A stretch of 64,000 nt of DNA from Hemiscyllium ocellatum (lineage: Eukaryota), in contig NW_026867529.1 of NCBI RefSeq assembly GCF_020745735.1, positions 62,001-126,000 on the forward strand, read 5' to 3'. The notes beneath the pieces are model-generated. The model was not told the DNA's origin. It saw nothing but the letters and a program-made list of their open reading frames with translations, and ran no database searches. Position numbers and translations under genes: made by a program. Shown here in pieces: positions 40,525 through 51,246 of the stretch (positions are counted from its first letter, which is position 1; each line of letters opens with the position of its first letter).

Positions 40525-40830
40525 CAGAGTGAATCATAGAACATAGAACAGTACAGCACAGTACAGGCCCTTCGGCCCTCGATGTTGTGCTGCTCTGACA
40601 TACTCATATGAAGTCCATCCCACCTACACTATTCCATGTACATCCATATGCCTGTCCAATGACAACTTAAATGTACTTAAACTTGACAAATCTACTACCG
40701 TTGCAGGCAAAGCATTCCACACCCTTACTACACAATCAGTAAAGAAACTACCTCTGCCATCTGTCTTATACCTATCTCCCCTCACTTTAAAGTTGTGTCC
40801 CCTCGTGTTTGCCGTCCCCATACTTGGAAA
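40525..40830 (-). mobile_element. CR1 3' fragment
   Basis: CATAGAACATAGAACAGTACAGCACAGTACAGGCCCTTCGGCCC tail and UTR; ORF 40624-40821 is the ORF2 C-terminus. Confidence 0.8.
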
Positions 40831-41309
40831 TCAGGTCCAGTGAGCCTTCCTCACTTATCACTGCAAGGCAGAATGTTCTCTCTGGGAGGAAGGTCACTGC
40901 AGCAGCAGCAGCACAGGCAGGAGCTGAGCACTGGGACGGGGAGGATGGCTGTCACGGCTGAACTCAGGCCAATTGTCTGGAAGTTGAAACATCTCATTTA
41001 CAATGATCTGAATTCTGGAGGCCTCTGAAAAATGGAGGACCATTAAGGTTCAGAGACTTTGGAGTGTTACAGCTGAGTATTTACTTAAATATGATTTGAG
41101 AAATGAACAAGTAATCTTTAACTTTAATAACTATCAAACTGATCCGCAGTTCACCACCAAACCTCATCTCTCAGACTAACCACTGCACTTACTCTGCCTA
41201 GACCTAAATTTCCACTCACATTGACAAACCCTACCCTGCTATACACCCATTCATGCCCGGAACACACAAGCCCTATCACACAAAACACATCCAAGGCAAT
41301 CCATATTGG

Positions 41310-41985
41310 TAGTGTAGCTGAGCAGAGAGATCTCGGTGCCCATGTACATAGATCCCTAAAAGTTGCCAGCCAGTTTGATAGAGTTGTTAAGAAGGCATAC
41401 TTTGTGCTGGCTTTCATCGATAGAGGGACTGAGTTTCAGAACCATGAGGTTAGGTTGCAGCTGTACAAAGCTCTGGTGTGGCTGCACTTGGAGTATTGTG
41501 TACTGTTCTGGTCACCACATCATAGAGAGGATGTGGAAGCTTTGGAAGAGTTCAGAGGAGGTTTCCCAGGATGTTGTTTGGTATGGCGGGAAGGTTTAAT
41601 GAGGAAAGGATGAGGGTCTTGAGGCTGTTTTTGTTTGAGAGAAGAAGGTTAAGAGGTGACTTAATTGAGACATAAAAGATAAACAGAGGGTGGACAGTGA
41701 AAGTTTTTTTCCTTGAATTTGTGATGGCTAGCAGGAGAGGACATAGATGACAGATGTCAGAGGTTGTTTCTTTACTCAGAGAGTAGTAGGGCCATCGAAC
41801 GCACTGCCTGCAACAATAGTACACTCGCCAACTTTAAGGGCATTTAAAAGGTCATTGGATAAACATATGGATGAAAATGGAATAGTGTAGGATAGATAGG
41901 CTTCAGATTGGTTCCACAGGTCAGCGCAACATTGAGGGCTGAAGAGCCTGTACTGCACTGTAATGTTCTATATTCTATATTCCAG
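41310..41985 (+). mobile_element. CR1 3' fragment
   Basis: GSVAEQRDLGAHVHRSLKVA... followed by 3' UTR and TTCTATA tail. Confidence 0.8.
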
Positions 41986-43483
41986 ATGGACATATGATCT
42001 CAATTCCTTTCAGTCATTTACACTCCTGCCACCCTGCACCTGGCCCATGGCGAATCTGGCCCTGACTGGACCTGGCACCATCATTTTCACAACCTCTGAC
42101 AAAAGCCCACTACCCAAGACATGACCTCAGCCCTTGATCACTGACCTCTCATCTTACCCAAGACAATCTGTGCACATTGCATCCTAGCTCCTTTGGCATC
42201 TGTGCTTTACAACCTACCATTTTGCCAGACTCCGAGCTTTGCATTTTGACAACACGTCCACCTGTCACTTCATTCCAGTGACCTTCCACCCCCTAAACAT
42301 CCTGGCACTCTGCCCACCTCTACACTAACCAGCCTGCCATCCTGCCCACCTCTCCATAAACCAGCCTGGCAAAGACAGACCTCCTGCATTTCAGCTCAAA
42401 CTACCCCTCACCTACCAAGCACAATTCAACCAAATTATCCTGTGACCATTACCATTTACCTTGATGCCACCTTTTGCCAGACAGAGTGCACGCAAGCTTA
42501 CCCAGCAGCCAGCCAACCAGCTTCCCATCCCAAACTCTCCCACATGCCCAATCTAGCCCCTCACTTGCTCACCACCTTTCAACTTTAAGCCTCCTCCACC
42601 ATAAAGTCAGTGAGTCATAAAGTCGTACAGCACCGAAACAGTTCCTTTGGTCCAGCCCAGCCATGCTGACCAGAGTTCCCAAATTAAACTCATTCCACTT
42701 GCCTGCCTTTGGCCCATATCCATCCAGACCGATCCAGTTCCTGCAGCTGTTCAAATGTCTTCTCAATGTGGGACCGATCTCTGCACTTCCCGCTTCCTCT
42801 GGCAGTTCATTCCAATGTTTTGGACAGTTACAACATGAAGCCCTAACTCCTGCACTCAGTGCTCTGACCAATGAAGGTACATGTGCCAAACACCTTCAAC
42901 ACACTAGGTACTTGAGACAACGCTTTCAAGAATCGATGAGTCTTGAATCTATGAATTTCTGTGGTGGAGAATTCCAAAAGAATTCACCATTCTTTTGTTG
43001 AACAGGAAACAATCAGGCTCAATGTTATCGAGTGTTGGGAAGACTGGTGAGCAGCAAGATTAATGATGATCCCATGAATGGAATAGCCTTCTAGAGAGGC
43101 CGAGATGCCTTCTTCAGCTTCCATTTTGCCTGCTGACATGTCCCTTTGGCAGCATGTTCCAAAATTGTGATCCTTGAGGATAAGGGCACACATGCATGTA
43201 AAGCTTTCCTCCAAATCAGACTTCAACTTGACTCTCAACTATTTCCCTGCCCGTTTCCTCTTCCTCAATCACAGCCATGGGACTCACTTCCTAACAGCGC
43301 TGTGAATGTGCTAATACCACACAAACTTCAGCAATTCAAATAGACTGATGACATCTGGTTTCTCAAGGCGATATAAAAAGTCTGACACTTCCACACCTGT
43401 CTAGAGATTGAAACAACCACTGGAAGAATTGAAAATTATTTGAGGCACTTGTGTGTCTATGCAAGATGACATGGTTTCCTTTT

Positions 43484-43686
43484 TTAAAAATCACACAACA
43501 CCAGGTTATAGTCCAACAGGTTTAATTGGAAGCACACTAGCTTTCGGAGCGACATTCCACTATCACCTGACAAAGGAGCGTCGCTCCGAAAGCTAGTGTG
43601 CTTCCAATTAAACCTGTTGGACTATAACCTGGTGTTGTGTGATTTTTAACTTTGTACACCCCAGTCCAACACCGGCATCTCCAAAT
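43484..43686 (+). mobile_element. 203-bp palindromic Penelope-derived insertion
   Basis: Perfect 70-bp inverted arms (43484-43553, 43580-43649); 14-bp TSD CATGGTTTCCTTTT (43470-43483, 43687-43700). Confidence 0.85.
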
Positions 43687-43786
43687 CATGGTTTCCTTTT
43701 GTGTGATTTGACTGTGTTTTCACTGAATGAACAGAGCTATTTCTTAATCATATAACAGGAATGAAGCTTCCCTCATTTTTTAGCAA

Positions 43787-43987
43787 CTGCTGAAAATGTG
43801 TTGCTGGAAAAGCGCAGCAGGTCAGGCAGCATCCAAGGAGCAGTCAGCATCCAAGGAGCCCTTCCTGAAGAAGGACTCATGCCTGAAACGTCGATTCTCC
43901 TGCTCCTTGGATGCTGCCTGACCTGCTGCGCTTTTCCAGCAACACATTTTCAGCTCTGATCTCCAGCATCTGCAGTCCTCACTTCCT
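43787..43987 (+). mobile_element. About 200-bp palindromic Penelope-derived insertion
   Basis: Perfect 55-bp arms (43789-43843, 43900-43954); flanked by CCTCATTTTT(T)AGCAA direct repeats. Confidence 0.85.
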
Positions 43988-46675
43988 CCTCATTTTTAGC
44001 AAGGCAATCACACATTATATTTCTTGATTCCAGGGAAGTATAGTGTTAAATTAATGAAATATGATGATTGGGATGTTTCAATTGGAAATTGTCAGAGATT
44101 TAAAGTTTACTTTCATGTGCAATTAATTCCAGCCTCATTGTGTCACAGTACTCACAGGAATGTCTTTCAGAAATGGTGTCTCCCTTTGTTATGGGCAGTC
44201 GAATCAGTAAATCTGGGATAGTTTTTGCTTGTTATACAAAGGTGTTAAAGAGTTTTAGCCAAAGGGAGACCTGGGGATTGAGCTCACAGATGCACCATGA
44301 TCTAAGCAAGTGGGGGAACTGCTCGAGGGGCTGAGTGCCCTCCTTTTGTTCCTACCTTCCTATCATTGTGTCATTCATTAAGCTAGCACTGGCCGTGAAT
44401 ACTTTTTATTAAAATATTTCAACAAATTAATTGTTTCACACATGCTTTAAAAAAAAACTTCTGTTGATTATTTGGAACGGGATCATTGACATTCTCTATT
44501 TGAGTGATCAAAATAACTTCCACCCAATTACAGCAGCCACTGCACTCTGCAGTGTGTTGTTACTTCATAATAGTTTCTTGTGAAACTACAGCTCGAGATC
44601 GGGGCACTCAAATTCAATAATATCTCTGAACATTCGCAATTTGTTCAAATGCATCTTTTCTCTGAAGAACGTGTTTAATCGAACAGAACTTTTTTCAATG
44701 AAACAACAAACTTTAAATGCTAGAAAAACAAAATAAAGACAGAAACTTCTGAACTCAGCAGGTCTACCAGCTCTTGTGGAGAGAAGCCAAGGTTAACCTT
44801 TCCCATCTTCACCAAATTGTTTTCATGTTTTTGGCACAAGAGCTCACATCTGTTGAGATAAACAGTGATTGCGTTGGCTTGACTCCTGTTGGAAACAGAA
44901 TTCTTAGCAGAGGTACTGGATGGTCTGAGATAGCAATGGAAGACCAACTGAAAATCTATCACCATCTGCTGCAAGTGTTGGATTCAGCAGAACCCTCACC
45001 GTACTGAACTATCAAATTCAGCTACAGCACTGGTTTAATATAAAGTAAAACAGCCTCAGCATAATCTCATCAAATATACTTTGAAAATGATTCATTCTGG
45101 ATTAGTTATAAATGATATTGTTAGAACAGCAAGTCAAAAGCTGGGATTTCTTTGAGCACTTACTCCATTAACCCCATCTAGCGATGCCCAAAAGCCTGTG
45201 AACAAATATTGATCTGGAAAAAGCTGCTAACCACCAAAATTCTGTTTAATATCTAAGAGACACAAGTCAGGACAGCGATTGAATAGATTTCACTGGCCTC
45301 TGTGAGTGGAATTCCAACAAACACCCAAACATCTCAATCTGCTTTCTTGCATTGAAGTAACCTGATAAGAGATGGTGTTACATACCTCTCTAACAGGTTG
45401 TAAGTGAACACAGACCACCTGGCACAGAATCAGGGACCCTACTATAACTTCACAACAGACCTGAACGCAATGAGCTCGACACTATCACGGAGAACACAGC
45501 CCACCTGTTTTGACAGTATATAAACCATGTTAGTTATTAACACCTTCCAACAACCAAGGATTGTTCCAGAATGTTTGTACAATGAAAGTAACATTTCAAC
45601 ATTTATCCAAGAATACTTTGACAGCAGCTCCAAATTGTTCAAACTCTATGGGAACTACAGAGCAATAAAACTGGGAATTGCATTGCCATCAATTCACTGT
45701 CACTGGATTCCAACCTCGAACTCCCTTCCTCTTTCCGCTGGGAATGTTGCTGCACCAGACGGTCTACTTAGTTTGAAAAAGATTAAAATGTTTTGAAGTG
45801 TATTATGACCGTTGCCAGTGACATTAAAAGCTGATAATAGGTTTTCAAATAATAAGATGCAAAAAAAATTCTGATTCTACATTGTGCCACGAAACATGTC
45901 CTGCATAACTGAGGCACAAAGAAAATATGCAGCATATTTCCCTTTGCCTCGCTCAATCAAATATCCCTTGTTGCCAACAACCAATTTCAAAACTCTTGCT
46001 ATCTGCCTTTTGTTCCTGAAACGTTCGTTCTGATTGGAACAACTTAGTCAGGGCTCTCAATTCTGAGGCACCTATTGTATTTCTGGCAGATAAAAGTGGT
46101 TTTGAAGCGCGAGATGAAATTGAACTGTCTGCGATTCAGGTACCCGAACTGGACAATTTACAAATGGTCAGGACCGTTGACAAGTTAGTCAGAGATAGCA
46201 CTGAAACAAACTGTACAACAGACTTAATCCTAGAGGATACATTGCTCAACTCCTCACGTCAAATATATTCACTGTAAATATTCATCAGAAGAACTAACCA
46301 GTGGATTAATGTGAACGATAATGTGTTCACAATGAACATAAATAACCACTGAATTAATAAACTTAATAAGTCATTGCATTTAACAAAATTATTGAGGTGG
46401 GAAATATCGCCAATTAAAGCACAGATCTGGAGGAAATGGGTTATTCTCCAACTTATTTTTACATATTCTTAAAATGTTCCTTGAACTATGGAGATTTTGC
46501 ATGCACTGCATAAACAATACTGTATTCCAGTGTGGAAAGCATTTCTTTTGAAGGAATTAGGGCAAGGTTATTTTCTTGTTAACTGCTTTTAATGAACTAA
46601 AATGTTTAAAAAGGTAAGAATTGAAAACATGCTTCTGTCTGGAGTTGCCCACTTTAACGGATGTCTAAGTAAATG

Positions 46676-46960
46676 TGGCACTGCTCCCTCACAGATCCAG
46701 GTACCCAGGCTCGGTTCCAGCCTCAGGTGACTGCCTATGTGGAGTTTACACAATCTCCCCTGTGTCTGTGTGGATTTCCTCCCACAATCCAAAGATGTGC
46801 ATGTCAGGTGAACTGGTCATGCTATATTGTCTATAGTGTTAGGTGCATTAGTCAGGGGTAAATATAGGGTAGGGGAATGGGTCTGGGTGGGTTACTCTTC
46901 AGAGGGTCGGTGTGGACTTGTTGGGCCAAATGGCCCGATACATACTGTAGGAAATCTAAT
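46676..46960 (+). mobile_element. HE1-type SINE
   Basis: Aligns by eye to 5287-5601. Confidence 0.82.
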
Positions 46961-47210
46961 TGAAATGATTGTCACACTTAACTAATGTCAGCAGATTCCT
47001 TCTGATCGCTACATTGCAATAAATTGGTCAAGTATATTAATTAAAATAAATATGACTCTATTTTCAGTGTCTGAATAAACAATGTGCTCTGTTATCCTCT
47101 AGTTCACGTCTCCTGCAAATTTGTGAACTCTGCATCCGCCTGAACACATCGATGTAAAATGAATTCTCTGCGTTTGCAGCAAGTACTCCCATGGTTTTAA
47201 GAGGAGAGTT

Positions 47211-47550
47211 CCTGCAGTATGGAAACAGGCCATTTGGCCCAACAATTCCACACTGACCCTCTGAACAGTAAGTAGCCCACCCAGACCCATTCCCCCTAAT
47301 TTATATTTTCCCCTGACTAATGCACCCTAACATACACATCCCTGAACACTATGGCTGTGCTCAATTGCACAATCACCTGACTTGCACTTCTTTTAGACTG
47401 TGGTAGGAAACCAGAGCGCCCGAAAGAAACCCACGCAGACACAGGGAGAATGTGCAAACTCCACACAGGCAGTCACCCGAGGGTGGAATCAAATTTGGGA
47501 CCCTGGCGCTGTGAGGCAGCAATGCCAATCACTGAGCTACCATGCTGCCC
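47211..47550 (-). mobile_element. HE1-type SINE
   Basis: Reverse complement aligns by eye to 5287-5601. Confidence 0.85.
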
Positions 47551-49041
47551 TGCGAGTTCATGAGTGGATTACTTTAATTAATTCGAAATTTGGCCTTGGT
47601 CACATAACTCACTATAGCAGTTGTTTCCGGAAGAATGACTCTTCAGTTGATATTTTGTTGTAAAATGGAACTATTTATTTAAAATGCACAGATTGGGAAC
47701 ACCTAAAGCACTGTGCAGGTTAAATAATTCAGTTCATGTTTTATTTTTATCCTGCAAATCCAGTTTAATCAGGGACATAACAATTAATTAACTCAAGTTA
47801 TGTGTGAAACTGATCAAAGCAGTGAACCTGATCTGTTCTTCATGGAATTGAGCAGAATTTCCAAATGGTCTTTGTCAATGATCTTTTCCAGCCAGAAAAA
47901 TATGTATGTCGTGTACAGCGGAATTGAAAGGTGTTTCTTGATAAATTATAGCACAGTCATGGCATTTGGATTGTAAAGCATGGATTAGATTAATCCTTAA
48001 TTATTTATTTTAAGTAAAAATGGCGCCTGAAGGTATCTGTTTTCCCTTCATTGCTAAAACCTTTGTGATTTGCCTTTCTCTTAATAATAGGCTTTATGAA
48101 ATTTTAACTCGCATGCTGATTGCATTGAATGAGGAAAGAGCAGTTCACTGTCACCAACCGTGTTAACATTGCAAAAACAATGTAGAAACCAGAAACAGTT
48201 TCCCAAATATAACACATTTAATGTTACCCAAGCACAGTCCCTCCTCAACAGATCAACGATCACCAGATCACAACACGGTGTGTTTGCAGCAGAACTAGCT
48301 CTGCAAACATTTTCAACAGAACCAAGAACATGATGTAACCTCACAAAAAAACCAAATTGAAGTCTAACAAAGCTGCTCAGAATCAAGCAAACTAATGATT
48401 AAATTGAATAGAAATAACAGGTCATAACAGCAACCTTGTTGGTGAGGGGACTTAACACTTAAAACTGTAACGTTTCTGGCAATAGTTCAATTTACTTCCA
48501 ACCTGCACACCCTTCCTGATCATGACAATCTTGTGCAGCGCACAGTAGAGTGGGGTTGAAGGCATATATTGATTAATCACTTCATGGTCAAAGCAAAATT
48601 ACTGAATGGACAAATATTACCACATTATAATTTTAAGTTAGTTTCAATTACGTAATCTGATCAATTCTGCACTTTCAGATTTTAGTCCCAAATTTTATTT
48701 TGAATGAGGCTACTCAAAACAAAATTCAGTTCGTTTACAATTAGAACGGAGTTTTTTTTTAAAAGTCAATGCATTAAAAACTCGTTTTTTTTCATTTCTC
48801 ACACTTCCGGGTTTCTGCCTTAAGTTGTTTTTCAGACCGTTACAAATAGATGTAATGTTTTCAATCAAGCAGAGAAAAATGTGTCATATAAGTTTAACAA
48901 ATGCAGAAATGATACATGACAAACAAAAGAACTTCACAAATATTGGTAATGAAAAGTATTCCAGAGAGTCAATCTCCTCACCAGAAAGAAAACACCAATT
49001 CAGAAAGCATGAAAACGCAGATCAATTTCACAAACTGAATA

Positions 49042-49422
49042 AGAATCCAATCAACTCAATTCAACAGAATCAAGGAAAATAAAATCAGAATCCAATCAAC
49101 TCAAAACAACAGATTTGAATGAAACATAATCAGAATCCAAACAATTCAATTCAACAGAATCAAATAAAACAAATTCCAAAAACCAATCAACACAATTCAA
49201 CAAAACCAAATAAAAACAAAGTCAGAATCCAATCAACACAGTTCAACCGGATCAACTAAAACAAAGCCAAAATCCAATCAACTCAATTCAACAGAATCAA
49301 GTAAAAACAAAGTCAGAATCCAATCAACACAGTTCAACCGAATCAACTAAAACAAAGCCAAAACCAATCAACTCAATTCAACAGAATCAAGTAAAACAAA
49401 CTCAGAATCTAATCAACAGAAT
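49042..49422. repeat. Tandem array of about 8.4 x 45-bp units
   Basis: Units like AGAATCCAATCAACTCAATTCAACAGAATCAAGTAAAAACAAAGTC start at 49042, 49087, 49132, 49178, 49224, 49269, 49315, 49360 and 49404 (partial). Confidence 0.92.
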
Positions 49423-49934
49423 GCAATATAGCACCTCAAGAAACTTTTATGTCAGTTTCTAACCTGCTTGTCATCAACAAAATTAACAAAATAAATGAGA
49501 TAATATAATCATGGTAAGAACATATATTCAGGAAATGAATCATGATATTTTAGCATATTTTAGTCATGTTTGGTAATATCTTTGAACATCTTTGAATTCT
49601 TAGGGTTTGTTGTTGATAATAAAACTCACAGTCAGGGTGTCACTGACATTAAACATTATTTATAGCTGACTAATTAAGAGACATGAGGTGTTTCAAGTAA
49701 CCCAGCCACATAGAATGTCCATCTGATTAAAAAAAAGAGATACACCCAGCACCTGACTCCATCATCACCATTTTAACTATTTGCTGACCCTTAACTGGTC
49801 TACAATCAGTCTGAACAAAAATCAATCTGAACCAAACCAAACTCAGCACAGAATCTGAGTTTCATTTAATTCAGAAATTAGTCACATGAATAGGAAGTTT
49901 TTAAAAAGTCACTAAGAAAGTTCAAAGTTCTTAC

Positions 49935-49982
49935 CTGAAGTCACTGTTACCATGGTCCCTTGGCCCCAGTACTCAATATAGT
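49935..49982 (-). CDS. IGHJ: JH segment (YIEYWGQGTMVTVTS)
   Basis: WGxG motif, abuts the RSS heptamer, donor TCAG|GTAAGA at 49934. Confidence 0.96.
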
Positions 49983-50021
49983 CACAGTGTTACATTCTCT
50001 GGACTGGGTCGCACAATAACT
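49983..50021 (-). promoter_or_regulatory. 23-spacer recombination signal sequence 5' of JH
   Basis: Read away from J on the plus strand: heptamer CACAGTG (49983-49989), 23-nt spacer, nonamer ACAATAACT (50013-50021). Confidence 0.9.
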
Positions 50022-50348
50022 AGCTCTGCATAAAACAAATCAAAAATCTACCATCATTTTAAATGTTCAGAACCACAGGCAAAATAAAGTCTCGATAAAT
50101 CTTCATCACATAATTGCGCTAGTGAATTCTGATCATTCTTGATAAATTTTAATACTGTTTTATACTTCACAGAGTAACACATGAGCTGATTCTCAAAATC
50201 TCCAACTGGTATATCAATAATTACCCAACCCTTTTACAAATTAAATAGTGATACTGGCATAAATCCCCACAGAACTAATACTGCGCTGCAAGTTAAGACG
50301 GTTTGTAGAAGTAATCACTGACTAGTTTCAAACAATGGAGGCTGAATA

Positions 50349-50376
50349 GGTTTTTGTATTGATCATAATTGCAGTG
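50349..50376 (-). promoter_or_regulatory. 12-spacer recombination signal sequence 3' of D
   Basis: Heptamer CACTGCA (50376-50370), 12-nt spacer, consensus nonamer ACAAAAACC (50357-50349). Confidence 0.9.
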
Positions 50377-50398
50377 TCACCCCAGTACCAACTGTACG
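50377..50398 (-). other. IGHD: Joined D-region remnant (probably D1+D2): CGTACAGTTGGTACTGGGGTGA
   Basis: Lies between the V end (TGTGCAACAGA) and a 12-RSS. TACAGT and TACTGGG cores resemble shark D1 and D2 sequences as I recall them; the D1/D2 split is inference. Confidence 0.75.
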
Positions 50399-50702
50399 TC
50401 TGTTGCACAGTAATAGATGGCGGTGTCTTCGATCTTCAGGTTCCCCAGGTTCAACGAGAAAATGTTGTTTGAAGTGTCTTTGGACGCAGTAAATCGACCC
50501 TGAATCGCTGGTGCATAGTAATTACTGGATGAACTATAGTAGCTAACCAGCCACTCCAGACCCTGGCCGGGAACCTGGCGGACCCAGCTCATGTAGTACC
50601 TGCTGAGATTGAACCCGCTGGTTTTACAGGTCAGTTTCAGGCTGCCGTCGGGACGGCCAGTCTCTGCCTCTGGCTGGGTCAAAACAATCTCCGAGTGGAC
50701 AC
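50377..50702 (-). CDS. IGHV: VH exon (IgM-type) already fused to D-like sequence, ending in TGA
   Basis: (C)[107 protein letters not shown]. Both V-domain Cys, WVRQ and YYC intact; framework resembles elasmobranch IgM VH. Confidence 0.95.
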
Positions 50703-50830
50703 CTTTAAAAAGGACAAGAAATAAACCATGAGCATTAATGCAGATGAAATGATGCCTGAGTCTTTTACATTCCTGAGGTAGACTAACATTGAGACAGTAA
50801 CAAAGACAGACTTGAACAAAAAACACTCAC

Positions 50831-50879
50831 ATGATAAGAAAGTCAGTAATAAACTGAGAAAAATTGTCGACACAATCAT
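50831..50879 (-). CDS. IGHV: IgM heavy chain leader exon (MIVSTIFLSLLLTFLS + first base of Cys)
   Basis: ATG at 50879, hydrophobic signal peptide, phase-1 donor T|GTGAGT at 50830; 128-nt intron to acceptor TTTAAAG at 50703. Confidence 0.93.
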
Positions 50880-50965
50880 TCTGATAACTTCTGGGAAGCG
50901 GTTCTGTCAAGACCTTTCTAAACAAAGCCGATCCCGGAGTGTTGAATTACGGTCCAGTGCCTAGG

Positions 50966-51020
50966 ATTTATATGGCCATCGGAAAGGGCAGGCTTACAGC
51001 TTCCGCCTGTTGGTTTCCTG
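50966..51020 (-). promoter_or_regulatory. VH promoter: TATA box and two GGAA (ETS-like) cores
   Basis: TATAAAT at 50972-50966, about 90 nt upstream of the ATG; GGCGGAAGC and CAGGAAAC just upstream. No perfect octamer seen in 50880-52000. Confidence 0.6.
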
Positions 51021-51246
51021 CTGGAGGCTGAGACTGGATCCTGGTCTCAGCTTGCACAGCCCCAACACATGGGCTCATGTATTTACCAGGTTACACTTCA
51101 ACATGGATATATACACATCTTGGGATATTTATTTTGCTGAATAGCTTCTTTGGGAGTGTTTTTTATAAATGGTGGAAGTAAAATTGAGTAGCTTCAGGTC
51201 TATTTCACATGATAGTTGCAAGTATTTTGTTTAAAAAAATTCATTT

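Noticed and set aside
49042-49422. 45-bp array as a CRISPR array
   Set aside because: Contiguous tandem units without unique spacers, no cas genes, eukaryotic context.
50406-50412. Embedded heptamer (TACTGTG) in VH FR3 as a special replacement signal
   Set aside because: It is imposed by the YYC codons and common to most VH genes.
50703-50826. ORF-track N-terminal extension of VH (MFFVQVCLC...)
   Set aside because: It lies in the leader intron; the true leader exon with canonical splice sites is at 50831-50879.
27435-50879. Calling the locus IgW or IgNAR because of the [12 protein letters not shown]...SCQ tail
   Set aside because: There are four C exons each matching shark mu domains, a conventional VH with WGQG JH, and a CH1. 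The layout is IgM.
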